46,827 nt of DNA, from the NCBI GenBank assembly GCA_027728645.1, contig JAQCAA010000001.1, forward strand, positions 1-46,827, written 5' to 3'. A program made the translations under genes and the position numbers. Below are positions 19,233 to 28,506 of the stretch, in pieces. The notes beneath the pieces are model-generated. The model saw only the letters and a list, made by a program, of their open reading frames with translations. It made no database searches and was not told where the DNA came from. Numbering within the stretch: position 1 is the stretch's first letter; each line of letters opens with the position of its first letter. This stretch comes from Actinomycetota bacterium. GTDB taxonomy: Bacteria; Actinomycetota; Acidimicrobiia; Spongiisociales; UBA5794.

Positions 19233-19357
19233 CTCTCAGTCGGAATCGTTCAGCCGACACAAACAGCTGGGCACACCATCCATGTGCTGCTGGTCCTTGC
19301 GGTTCCTGCGATCCACCCAGGCGGTACCGTGTGCGGTTCGCGTAACGGGAGACCAGA

Positions 19358-20047
19358 GTGACAACGGAGGGACAAGCAACATGGCGCAACGGCGTGCGCG
19401 ATGTCGCCCCGATCATTCTCGGAATCGTCCCCTTCGGGCTCATCTTCGGCGTCACCGCAGCGGACGCAGACATTGACCAACTTGCAGCGTGGGCATCATC
19501 GTTTCTGCTCTTCGCTGGTGTCAGCCAGCTGGCCATAGTCGAAGTTCTCGGTTCGGACGGGATCGCCATAACCGCGCTCTTGACTGCCGTGGTGCTCAAC
19601 TCTCGCCACCTCATGTATTCAGCCGATATGGGGTGCTACACAGCAGACGAACCGCTCAGGACAAAAATCGGGATTGCATACCTGCTCACAGATCAGGCCT
19701 ACCTCGTATCGACCTCGCGATTCGGCGACCCAGACAACTCGGATGGCCTTACATCGTTCTATTTCGGTGCGGCTCTCACGCTGTGGGGAACCTGGCAAAT
19801 CACCACGACGGCCGGACTCCTAGTCGGAAACTTCATTCCAAAGTCATGGGAACTTGGCTTTGCCATCCCGCTCACATTCCTCGCGCTGCTCATCCTCGCC
19901 GTGAAGTCAAAACCGGGACTGGTCGCTGCCGTCGTTGGCGGTTCGGTCGCCGTGGCAACAATCGGACTTCCTCTTGGCCTCGGACTGATATGCGGCGCCG
20001 CGGCGGGGGTCGGGGCGGGCCTCATCTCAGAAAAGCGATTCGCATGA
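19358..20047 (+). CDS. azlC: AzlC-family branched-chain amino acid exporter subunit
   Basis: 229-aa polytopic membrane protein. N-terminus RDVAPIILGIVPFGLIFG is typical of AzlC. ATGA overlap with azlD. Confidence 0.85.
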   Translation: MTTEGQATWRNGVRDVAPIILGIVPFGLIFGVTAADADIDQLAAWASSFLLFAGVSQLAIVEVLGSDGIAITALLTAVVLNSRHLMYSADMGCYTADEPLRTKIGIAYLLTDQAYLVSTSRFGDPDNSDGLTSFYFGAALTLWGTWQITTTAGLLVGNFIPKSWELGFAIPLTFLALLILAVKSKPGLVAAVVGGSVAVATIGLPLGLGLICGAAAGVGAGLISEKRFA

Positions 20048-20352
20048 CGATGTGGATTGTGGTCGTGCTCGCAGGCATCGCAACATTCTCGATGCGATTC
20101 GTCTTCATCGCTCTCTTCGGAGTGATAGCCGTTCCGCCACTATTGGCGCGCGCTCTCCGATACGTCGCACCGGCTGTTCTCGCCGCGATCACTGTCCCTG
20201 CGTTCGTCGCTCCCGGCGCGTTGTTCGACCCGATCAACGCCTTCGTGCCAGCTGGGATCCTCGGCGGGCTCGCCGCGTGGCGGAGCAAGAGCATCGGGGC
20301 AGCTTTCGCTGTTGGTCTACCCGCTTTGTGGCTTATCAACTGGCTCGTCTGA
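20044..20352 (+). CDS. azlD: AzlD-family branched-chain amino acid transport protein
   Basis: 102-aa hydrophobic protein (MTMWIVVVLAGIATFSMRFVFIALFG...). It is the 3' part of tracked ORF 19489..20352 and is coupled to azlC. Confidence 0.8.
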   Translation: MTMWIVVVLAGIATFSMRFVFIALFGVIAVPPLLARALRYVAPAVLAAITVPAFVAPGALFDPINAFVPAGILGGLAAWRSKSIGAAFAVGLPALWLINWLV

Positions 20353-20364
20353 TTCCGACCCAGC

Positions 20365-21159
20365 TCAGCGACCCTTCCAGATCGCGTCGCGTTTGTTTAG
20401 GAAAGCGTCGACCCCCTCCGCTGCGTCCTCCGTCATCGACAAAGCGGTGAGACCTATTTGCAGGTGGTCAAGGGCCGTGTCCACATCCATATTCTCAATC
20501 GCGTAGAACGACTCTTTGCCAAGGGCCAGAGCCGCTGGAGACTTCGACAACAGAATATCGACCGTCGCTGCCACCTCGGAATCAAGATCCTCAGCAGGGA
20601 CCACGCGACTGACGACACCCAGCCGGAGTGCCTCGTGAGCATCGATGACTCGACCGGTCATCATCATCTCGATCAATGCTTTGCGAGGAACAATCGGAAT
20701 CAGTACGGCAGAAATCATCATTGGCCACAAACCAAGATCGATTTCGGGGGTACCGAAACGAGCTGAGTCCGAAGCCACGGCAATGTCACATGCCGCGACA
20801 ACACCGAACCCACCGCCAAGTGCCACACCGTTGATTCGACCAACAATCGGTTTCGGATTCCTTCGCATGGCCCTCAACAAGTCCGCGAGGGCTCCCCTTG
20901 CCTCGTGCCCAGGCAGCGGATCATCGACAAAGCCTCCCTTGAGATCGCCCCCGGCCGAGAACGCCTTGTCTCCAGCCCCGGTGACCACGACGACGGCAAC
21001 CGATTCGTCGACCGCTGAACGCTTGATGGCTTGCGCCAACACAGCCATCTCGATATTCGAAAGCGGGTTTCGCTTCTCTGGATCATCGATCGTGATCGTC
21101 CCCACACCACCCTTGACGTTGTATGTGATCACCGGTGCTCCGTTCTGATTCGATGCCAC
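20365..21159 (-). CDS. Enoyl-CoA hydratase/isomerase (crotonase family)
   Basis: 264 aa. VVVTGAGDKAFSAGGDLK and INGVALGGGF. Confidence 0.9.
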   Translation of the reverse strand: MASNQNGAPVITYNVKGGVGTITIDDPEKRNPLSNIEMAVLAQAIKRSAVDESVAVVVVTGAGDKAFSAGGDLKGGFVDDPLPGHEARGALADLLRAMRRNPKPIVGRINGVALGGGFGVVAACDIAVASDSARFGTPEIDLGLWPMMISAVLIPIVPRKALIEMMMTGRVIDAHEALRLGVVSRVVPAEDLDSEVAATVDILLSKSPAALALGKESFYAIENMDVDTALDHLQIGLTALSMTEDAAEGVDAFLNKRDAIWKGR

Positions 21160-21222
21160 ACGTTAGCGAAATTCAGTTCCTTGGCTAAGTGCCGAATATG
21201 AAGCGACCGCTATCCTTACCTC

Positions 21223-21783
21223 ATGCTTTGGATGCTTCTCGTACTTGTCTTGTCAGTAGCCGTGGGCTTCTTGCGGGGCGGAAGGCTCCGAAACCTGACC
21301 GAGATCCGCGTCACATCGTGGTGGCTTCTTCCCCTCGCTTTTCTCACCCTCACAGCGTCTTCGTTCACCCCTGCTGGCCAGGACGACCTCGCTGTAGCCC
21401 TCGTTCTCGTTTCCTACCTTCCGCTTTTGCTCTTCGTGTGGCTGAACCGAGACCTCACCGGCATCTGGATCGGGGGGCTGGGTGTGCTCATGAACTTCAC
21501 GGTGATCGCACTGAACGGCGGGATGCCCGTTCTCCTGGCTGCGGCCGAGATCGCTGGTCACGACGGGGAACTGATGCTTGACGCAAAACACGTGCTCTTG
21601 GACCAGTCGACACGACTTCCGTTCCTAGCGGATGTTCTGCCGCTTCCAAACACGGTCCTGTCGCTGGGAGATGTCATGCTCGCCATCGGTGTCGGCGCAT
21701 TCCTGGAGGACCAGATGCGAAAACCGCTGACGCTCTTTGCGCACAGAGTGCAAGGGATTCCAGGTTCAGCGTCAGATTCCTGA
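21223..21783 (+). CDS. DUF5317-like integral membrane protein
   Basis: 186 aa, about 5 TM helices. N-terminus LVLSVAVGFLRGGRLRNL resembles DUF5317, from memory only. Confidence 0.55.
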   Translation: MLWMLLVLVLSVAVGFLRGGRLRNLTEIRVTSWWLLPLAFLTLTASSFTPAGQDDLAVALVLVSYLPLLLFVWLNRDLTGIWIGGLGVLMNFTVIALNGGMPVLLAAAEIAGHDGELMLDAKHVLLDQSTRLPFLADVLPLPNTVLSLGDVMLAIGVGAFLEDQMRKPLTLFAHRVQGIPGSASDS

Positions 21784-21795
21784 GGCAGATACCGA

Positions 21796-23097
21796 TCAGA
21801 AGGTGATTTCGCCGCGGAACACCAGGACACGTCGGAGCGAGCTCCCGACTTGTGGGTCGAATTCGTACGCTGATCCCTGATGGATGCGCTCAAGGGATTC
21901 AATCGGTGAGAGTGCCAATTCGGTTCGAGCCTGATCGTACGCGCTCGCCACCTTGATGATTTTGGACGCTATTGGGATGTCGGGATCAACCTCGATCCCA
22001 GGGGATCGATACGGTCGGTGCTGCTGTGCAACAAGCGTGCTGACGTTCTGGAGATAAGGAGCTTCGGCGATGATCTGGGCTCCCCACCGTGCGATGTCCT
22101 CATCGGTGAATCCCGCCTTTACGATGGCTGGTTCGTTGAGCGTGATTCTTCCGACATCGTGCATAAGGGCCGCATACTCAAGCTCGACAACCTCGTTCGG
22201 GTGCAAACCCATCTCTTGAGCGATCGCGACTGCAAGGTCTGCCGTTCTGGTCGAATGTCCTGCGGGTGCCAGCCCAGCAACTTCGGGAATTTGGGCCAAG
22301 GCGCGAATCGTTTGGCCGTACGTGACTTTCGTTGAGTGGTAGCGCTCAAAGGCAAGATGGCCAAAGGTGTACGGAAGAACTGCAACCGCAACGGCCCACA
22401 CGCCCATAACCGGCCAGGTGAGTCCGAGGAGCGTTCCTGCGGCAAAGATAGATATCACAACAGCCCAGTCTTCGAGGGCGAGGAGCCACAGATAGCGACC
22501 GGCGAGATCGCTTCGCTCAAGCCCGACGAAAGCGGCCACGAGAGCTCTGACGACAAACCAGACAAGACCCGCAGCGAGCACGGCAGCCACCACAGACCAT
22601 GTGAGATCTATCACATCAGCTTCCACGACACTGTCGTAGGTAGCGAGGTAGACGAACGAGTACGCCGCCATCCCGAGAGCGTCAGTGAGGAAGTCACCGT
22701 CGGTGCGTTTCATCGAAAGGAAGAAATTCCTCTCAATGAGACCAGTGGCAGCGAGAGCGAGACAAATCGCTGCCCCAAGCGCCATCTGATCATCCATCAA
22801 GATTGCTGCTGCGACCGCGGCAGCAATGCCAAGGCTGAGCCTCGAGCCTGAGGGTGCTGGCACCGTGATAAAGGAAATCGTCGTGATGACAACGGCCCAA
22901 AAAATGACTGGTAAGAACCAGTCAAGGCTCTCAAGGTTGGTTCGGCCAACGCCTGCGGCGGTGAACACGACGGCTCCCACCATTAATGCAAGCCATGCGA
23001 TGACGCTGAGCGTCTTGAGCCTCAGTTCAGCCATGCGACCCACCAGGCTCATCGGAGGTTCCAACATCGGACTGCTCCCGTCGACCGCGCTGCTCAT
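21796..23097 (-). CDS. Membrane-anchored HD-domain protein (degenerate HD-GYP-like)
   Basis: 433 aa. Multi-TM N-terminus. HD region AGHSTRTADLAVAIAQEMGL...YAALMHDVGRI. The GYP segment is degenerate (QQHRPYRSPG). The start is ambiguous; M22 at 23034 gives an 8-nt overlap with the upstream gene. Confidence 0.8.
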   Translation of the reverse strand: MSSAVDGSSPMLEPPMSLVGRMAELRLKTLSVIAWLALMVGAVVFTAAGVGRTNLESLDWFLPVIFWAVVITTISFITVPAPSGSRLSLGIAAAVAAAILMDDQMALGAAICLALAATGLIERNFFLSMKRTDGDFLTDALGMAAYSFVYLATYDSVVEADVIDLTWSVVAAVLAAGLVWFVVRALVAAFVGLERSDLAGRYLWLLALEDWAVVISIFAAGTLLGLTWPVMGVWAVAVAVLPYTFGHLAFERYHSTKVTYGQTIRALAQIPEVAGLAPAGHSTRTADLAVAIAQEMGLHPNEVVELEYAALMHDVGRITLNEPAIVKAGFTDEDIARWGAQIIAEAPYLQNVSTLVAQQHRPYRSPGIEVDPDIPIASKIIKVASAYDQARTELALSPIESLERIHQGSAYEFDPQVGSSLRRVLVFRGEITF

Positions 23098-24430
23098 CTG
23101 ACCAGTCGCGTGGTATCCCAGAAGGTTGCGCGAAGCCGTGCTCCGCTCGGCGCCGAGCCTCGTCCTCTGTGATCTCGATCGGTGAACCGTATTCCTCTTT
23201 GGATGCCGAGAGCACCTCTACGAATGCCTCCACGACCTCTGGGTCGAATTGTGTTCCAGCAAATCGCCGCAACTCGGCGAATGCATACTCCTGGGAAAGC
23301 GCGACCCGATATGACCGAGTGGAGGTCATTGCATCAAAGGAATCAGCTACCGCGAGAATCCTTGCTTCAAGCGAGGGGGCGACTCCCTCGCCGGCGGAAC
23401 CGTGGTAACCGTTTCCGTCGACGTGTGCATGGTGATTCGCAGCAATCTCGACCATGGGCTTGAGGAACTCAACCTCGCTCAACAGGATCTCGACATGATG
23501 AACGTGTCCCTGCATCTCCTCGTACTCGTTCTCCGTGAGACGCGCCTTTTTGCGGATTACCTCACGAGGAACCGCAAGCTTGCCGACGTCGTGGATCAGC
23601 GCCGCCCAGCGAAGCTTCTCGAGCCTGGTTCCATTGAACCCGAGGTGCAGACCGATCATGTTTGAGAAGTACGCGACGCGCTCTGTGTGCCCGCGGGTGT
23701 AAAGATCTTTCGCCTCGAGTGCCTTGATGAATCCGGCAAGCGTCGAAAGCTGAGCCTCCCTGAGACCTGCATACGATTCGAATGCCATGTAGCCGGTGAA
23801 AAAGACGATGGCAATAAGCGGAAGCGATGCGGGCCCAACGAGCAGAAGCGCTGCTCCGAGCAACCCGCCGAGGAAGCCCATGCCGACATACGGCACAACG
23901 AGTTGGGCCATATGCGACCACTTGTTCATATTTTTCCCGCCGTACACGCGACCAACTATGAAGGTCACGAGGCCGAGATTGACGATGCCGTACACGACAG
24001 CGGACAGCCCCGAAGCGAGTGCAACAAGCCCCACCATGGTCGTCGAGACCTCCCATTCTTCGCCTGCATCACCTATTTGGACGAGTAGAAGAGAAAGGAC
24101 CGTCGTCGAGATCGCCGAATAGATGACGAGTTGACCAAAGTTCACGGCCGGCTGGAACCATCTCCGTTCTTTGACGTCCTGTGTCGTGAAGAGAGCGAGG
24201 GCTGCCATTGTCGTAGTACCGAGAACGGCGGAGCGGGGACCAAACGCAACGGCCGCGGTCATCATCACCATGATCGAAGGGCTGGCGAAGAGCTTGTCAT
24301 TGACCTCGACGGCGTTCCACTCGAAAAACACGAAGGCAACTGCGAACACACGCCCAGGCAAACCGTTCAATGTCTTCGGTTCAATGAACCAGCCCGACCG
24401 AGAGACCGCATGCACATCAAGTGTGCGCAC
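23027..24430 (-). CDS. Membrane-anchored HD-GYP-type phosphohydrolase (putative c-di-GMP phosphodiesterase)
   Basis: 467 aa. Multi-TM N-terminus. HTERVAYF...AALIHDVGKLAVP...ANHHAHVDGNGYHG, where GYP is replaced by GYH. Confidence 0.85.
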   Translation of the reverse strand: MRTLDVHAVSRSGWFIEPKTLNGLPGRVFAVAFVFFEWNAVEVNDKLFASPSIMVMMTAAVAFGPRSAVLGTTTMAALALFTTQDVKERRWFQPAVNFGQLVIYSAISTTVLSLLLVQIGDAGEEWEVSTTMVGLVALASGLSAVVYGIVNLGLVTFIVGRVYGGKNMNKWSHMAQLVVPYVGMGFLGGLLGAALLLVGPASLPLIAIVFFTGYMAFESYAGLREAQLSTLAGFIKALEAKDLYTRGHTERVAYFSNMIGLHLGFNGTRLEKLRWAALIHDVGKLAVPREVIRKKARLTENEYEEMQGHVHHVEILLSEVEFLKPMVEIAANHHAHVDGNGYHGSAGEGVAPSLEARILAVADSFDAMTSTRSYRVALSQEYAFAELRRFAGTQFDPEVVEAFVEVLSASKEEYGSPIEITEDEARRRAEHGFAQPSGIPRDWSDEQRGRREQSDVGTSDEPGGSHG

Positions 24431-24626
24431 GTCTCGGACTCCGCCAAGAGTCCAACGCTGCCAAAGCGCAGGCAGTGAATAGTCAACCTAGTGCTCATCT
24501 AACCCTGTCGCAAGGTTTATCGGTCGATTGGCCCGCGACGTTAAGCAAAGCCCGGTCATCACTTGACCACCCAGCGCGGCATTGATGCCACACCTGTCAC
24601 ACAACAATGCACTACGCTGACGCTCA

Positions 24627-25259
24627 ATGTCAGTGAACTTCAGAGAACTCGAAGAGGGTTTGACCCGCCTTGAATCGGTCGATGCCGCGCGGGTTGTGAA
24701 CCAGGGCGACAAAATCACAGAGATCCACATAATCGCGGCCTCGGACAAACCGTCCAAGCAGGTCGCTCGCGATGTGCAAAGCCTCGCAATGGCTCGCTTC
24801 GGCTTGCCGATCGATCACAGGGTTATCTCAGTTGTGCAGATCAGCCCGCACCAGCTCGACCTTGCCACTGCCGCACGGGCCGCGCTTCGAGGCATCAACG
24901 AATCACCCAACGGCACACGCACGACGATTGAGGTAGTTCTTCGGCATGACAACGAAGAGCACACAGGGACCGCAACCGGTCCCGCGGTTGCCTCGGCTCG
25001 TCTCAGACTCATTGGCGACGCCACCATCGACGCGATCGAGAAGACATTCGACACCGTTCCCCCAATCGCTCTCGACTCGATTACAAAGGCTCAGGTCGGC
25101 ACACGCGACGTAATCGTGGCCGTGGTCGCCACAGCAGGAGACCGCGGAGCCGAAGATCTCAATGTCGGATCGGCTCTCGCTCCAGGTTCCGTAGACGATG
25201 CTGCCGTCAAGGCGGTACTCAACGCTCTCAATCGACGGCTCGCCTCACTTGGCGAATGA
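24627..25259 (+). CDS. Hypothetical protein
   Basis: 210 aa. Codon usage is consistent with coding, and it has a 4-nt ATGA overlap with the downstream ggt-like gene. The C-terminus (DDAAVKAVLNALNRRL) loosely recalls LeuA-type allosteric domains. No confident family assignment. Confidence 0.55.
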   Translation: MSVNFRELEEGLTRLESVDAARVVNQGDKITEIHIIAASDKPSKQVARDVQSLAMARFGLPIDHRVISVVQISPHQLDLATAARAALRGINESPNGTRTTIEVVLRHDNEEHTGTATGPAVASARLRLIGDATIDAIEKTFDTVPPIALDSITKAQVGTRDVIVAVVATAGDRGAEDLNVGSALAPGSVDDAAVKAVLNALNRRLASLGE

Positions 25260-26860
25260 CGCTGCCTCGTCGGCCTGAAGCAGCGCAACTCAGCACCGGC
25301 CCCAAGCCCCGCGGGACCGCATTTGCCGTCTCGCCGCACTATTTGGCTTCGCAAGCTGGCATCGACATCATGGCTAGAGGCGGGAACGCCGCCGACGCTT
25401 CGATCGCGATCAACGCCGTACTTGGTGTCGTTGCCCCAGACACATGCGGGCCAGGCGGAGATCTGTTTGCACTCGTCCACCTCCCTGGTGAACCCACCCC
25501 GCGGACGCTCAACTCGTCAGGTCGTGCTGGATCGGGGCTCACAGCAAACGACCTGCGTGACATGGGCCTTGGAGAGATCCCTCTACGAAGCAGATGGTCA
25601 ATCACCGTCCCTGGCTGCGTCGACGGCTGGTATGCCCTATCGGACGAACTGGGAAACCTGAGCGTCGCGGAGTGCCTGGTCCCCGCAATCGAAATCGCTC
25701 GGTCCGGGTTCCCAGTGTCAGTCGAGCTCGCTGAATCCCTCATCCGCGCACACGACGCAATCGGCGGTCAGGGGTCAGCCGTTCCCCTCTATCCGGGCGG
25801 TGAGCCAGCTACCGACGGTGCGACAATCAAACGTGTTCGGCTGGCGGAGACGCTTGATGCCGTCGCGTCTGGCGGACGGCGCGCGTTCTTTGACGGCGAT
25901 GTTGCATTGGGAATTATTGAGGCGTCCGGCGGAGCTGTCACCCCCGACGACCTCGCCATCAATCAGGCCGAGTGGATCGTGCCAGCAAGTATCAACGTGT
26001 TCGGTCGGACCGCGTGGACCATCCCGCCAAATAGTCAGGGCTATCTGACACTGGCAACCCTCTGGATCTTTGAGAGCCTCAACCCCCCAACTGATCCCCT
26101 AGATCCTCTCTTCCAGCATCTCCTTATCGAGTCATACCGGTCCGTCGCATGGGAGCGAGCCCAATACGCGACCGAGCCATTGACAGCGCCTCTGCCAATC
26201 GACGAACTTCTCAACCCGACGAGACTTGAACAGATCGCATCGACCATCTCACTTGACTCCGCAGGGCGGTGGCCACGACCGAAGAAGGCCCCCTCAGGGA
26301 CCGCGTTCATCGCAGTCAGTGACTCGGACGACATGGCTGTGTCGTACATTCAATCGAACTACTGGGGATTTGGCTCTGGCTTTTCCGCCGGATCCACCGG
26401 TGTCTTTCTACAGAATCGCGGTGCGGGCTTCAACCTAATCCAAGGTCACCCAAACGAGTACACGCCTGGGCACCGGCCGATGCACACGCTTGCGCCGACA
26501 CTTTGGACCAAAGGCACCTCGCTAGAGCTGATTCTCGGCACCCGCGGTGGAGACCAACAGCCGCAGTACGTCGCTCAATTCGCGGCGAACCACTTCCATG
26601 CCGGGCTCTGCACCGACGATTCTCAAGTCTTGCCCCGCTGGACCATGGATCAACCCGAACCGGGGACCGACAGTTTCATCACGGTGGAACCTCGATTCCC
26701 AGACAGCGTCATCGCTGGCCTCGTGGGACGTGGCCACTCGGTGGAGACCGGTGCTGCATGGAACTCTGGGTACGGACCAATCTCGGCAATCGACAAATCG
26801 CGAGACAACAAGGCATCTGCCGATCCCCGCGTTTCGACATCAGCGGCACTGTCGATGTGA
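25256..26860 (+). CDS. ggt: Gamma-glutamyltransferase family Ntn-hydrolase
   Basis: 534 aa. N-terminus SPHYLASQAGIDIMARGGNAADA, GPGGD, putative autoprocessing site SGTAFIAVSD, C-terminal GTRGGDQQPQ. Confidence 0.85.
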   Translation: MTLPRRPEAAQLSTGPKPRGTAFAVSPHYLASQAGIDIMARGGNAADASIAINAVLGVVAPDTCGPGGDLFALVHLPGEPTPRTLNSSGRAGSGLTANDLRDMGLGEIPLRSRWSITVPGCVDGWYALSDELGNLSVAECLVPAIEIARSGFPVSVELAESLIRAHDAIGGQGSAVPLYPGGEPATDGATIKRVRLAETLDAVASGGRRAFFDGDVALGIIEASGGAVTPDDLAINQAEWIVPASINVFGRTAWTIPPNSQGYLTLATLWIFESLNPPTDPLDPLFQHLLIESYRSVAWERAQYATEPLTAPLPIDELLNPTRLEQIASTISLDSAGRWPRPKKAPSGTAFIAVSDSDDMAVSYIQSNYWGFGSGFSAGSTGVFLQNRGAGFNLIQGHPNEYTPGHRPMHTLAPTLWTKGTSLELILGTRGGDQQPQYVAQFAANHFHAGLCTDDSQVLPRWTMDQPEPGTDSFITVEPRFPDSVIAGLVGRGHSVETGAAWNSGYGPISAIDKSRDNKASADPRVSTSAALSM

Positions 26861-27090
26861 CTGTCGAGGTCGGGAGCCCAGATCAGTCGCCGTCGGCTGG
26901 ACAGCTAGCGAGAACGACCGTCGAGATGAGACGATACACCCATATATTGGCAGCACGCGGGTTGCTGTTGTCGGGGTTCACCTATACCCTGACGTTGTGA
27001 GCCGGCAACCAAGCACGGCCACCACACCGATCGGGGCGGAGCCCGAATAGGTGGAGCTAGGAAACGGACGAGCAAGATTCACGGGGACGC

Positions 27091-28152
27091 GTGAGACGGC
27101 CAATACCACTCGCATACGCTGGACTGCTGATTGTCGCCCTTGTGGCCGTAGTCGGGTTCGCCGCGTTCTCACCGAGTGCGGTTGACGCGGGAGAAGACAA
27201 CAGGACCGAGGCCGTGGAAGCACCAACAAGCCCAGTGTCCGCAAGGGTTGCTTCGGCGATTCTCGCCCTCCGCGTGTCTAACGCCGACGCCCGCCTTGCG
27301 GAAACTTCCTCGCCGTCAACACCGGAAGCTGCGCCTTCCACCGTGACCGTCGGAGAACCAGATGTCACTACACCCTCCACCGACGATCCAACAGCGACGG
27401 TTGCGCCGAACGCAACACCCGCGCCGAGCGTGACAGTTGCAACGGTTCCAAGCGACACCACTCCCCCAGATCTGCACATCACGTCCCCGTCCGACGGTGC
27501 GACGGTCAACGATCGTGTCGTGACGTTTGAGGGCACCTCAGAGCCTGGCGCTGAGGTCTCTTCTGGACCGTATGCGGCGCACATCGACGAAAACGGCAAC
27601 TGGTCAATCAAGCTCGTTGTTTCAAGCGAAGGTTCAAATGCGAGGATCACTGCAATAGATCAAGCAGGGAACTCTGTAACAGAATCGATCACGGTTACGT
27701 ACGAAGCTCCGGCACCTCTATCAACAACGACCACCACGAGCCCATCTTCACCACCCACCACATCCGCAGCGACGATATGGTCACCTCTTTGGCCCGCAGA
27801 CGCGGCAGGAAGGCGCGACGTCGAATACTGGCGGCCACTCGTCGAGCAGTATTGGCCTGAGTATCTGGTCAACTGCGCCCTGAACATCATCCACCTCGAA
27901 TCGTGGGGCAATCCGCAGGCATACAACCGCTCAGCGAGCGCCGAAGGGCTCTTCCAGCATCTCAGCAAGTACTGGAAGGGACGAGCTGCTAGTGCCGGGT
28001 TCCGGGATGCGAATGGACTCTATGCGACTCCGTACAACGCTGAGGCCAACATCGCCGTGTCGTGGTACCTTGCCAAAAACTCATCCCCGTGGGATCGACA
28101 TTGGTCTGTGGACCCGCAGCACCCGAATGCTCCGTACGAGTGCACGGAATGA
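27091..28152 (+). CDS. Secreted protein with an Ig-like domain and a C-terminal SLT-type lytic transglycosylase domain
   Basis: 353 aa. N-terminal TM/signal, Thr/Pro-rich linkers, Big-like segment (DTTPPDLHITSPSDGATV...ITAIDQAGN), SLT motif IIHLESWGNPQAYN...AEGLFQH. GTG start. Confidence 0.8.
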   Translation: MRRPIPLAYAGLLIVALVAVVGFAAFSPSAVDAGEDNRTEAVEAPTSPVSARVASAILALRVSNADARLAETSSPSTPEAAPSTVTVGEPDVTTPSTDDPTATVAPNATPAPSVTVATVPSDTTPPDLHITSPSDGATVNDRVVTFEGTSEPGAEVSSGPYAAHIDENGNWSIKLVVSSEGSNARITAIDQAGNSVTESITVTYEAPAPLSTTTTTSPSSPPTTSAATIWSPLWPADAAGRRDVEYWRPLVEQYWPEYLVNCALNIIHLESWGNPQAYNRSASAEGLFQHLSKYWKGRAASAGFRDANGLYATPYNAEANIAVSWYLAKNSSPWDRHWSVDPQHPNAPYECTE

Positions 28153-28174
28153 TTCGGCGTATCATCGAAATACG

Positions 28175-28504
28175 ATGAACCGAACATTCAAGAACGCGAT
28201 CAGGTTGGCCGGTGTAGCAGCAGGCTTGGCAGCCGCCGCTTGGGCAATGCGAGATCGCCTGCTTCCCGACCCCGCACCGCCGACCGACACTCCCCCGAAG
28301 TTTCGCACGGGTGGAGGAGAGTCCACCGACGACATCACGTCCATCAAAGGCGTAGGTCCCGCCTTCGCTCAACGTCTCAGCGAGGCTGGAGTGTCTACAT
28401 TTGCAACGCTCGCAGCCGAAGACGCCGCGACAATTGCCGAGATCGCCAACACGACCGAAGCAGCAGCACAGCGTTGGATCGACGACGCAGCTAGCCACCT
28501 CTAG
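28175..28504 (+). CDS. Small membrane-anchored helix-hairpin-helix protein
   Basis: 109 aa from ATG 28175. One TM helix (LAGVAAGLAAAAWAM) and an HhH motif (ITSIKGVGPAFAQRLSEAGV). Confidence 0.6.
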   Translation: MNRTFKNAIRLAGVAAGLAAAAWAMRDRLLPDPAPPTDTPPKFRTGGGESTDDITSIKGVGPAFAQRLSEAGVSTFATLAAEDAATIAEIANTTEAAAQRWIDDAASHL

Positions 28505-28506
28505 CA

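Noticed and set aside
23027-23097. 71-nt overlap between the two HD-domain genes as evidence of a frameshifted single gene
   Set aside because: The two ORFs are in different frames, and each has its own complete multi-TM plus HD architecture. Using Met22 (23034) of the downstream gene reduces the overlap to 8 nt, which is ordinary translational coupling.
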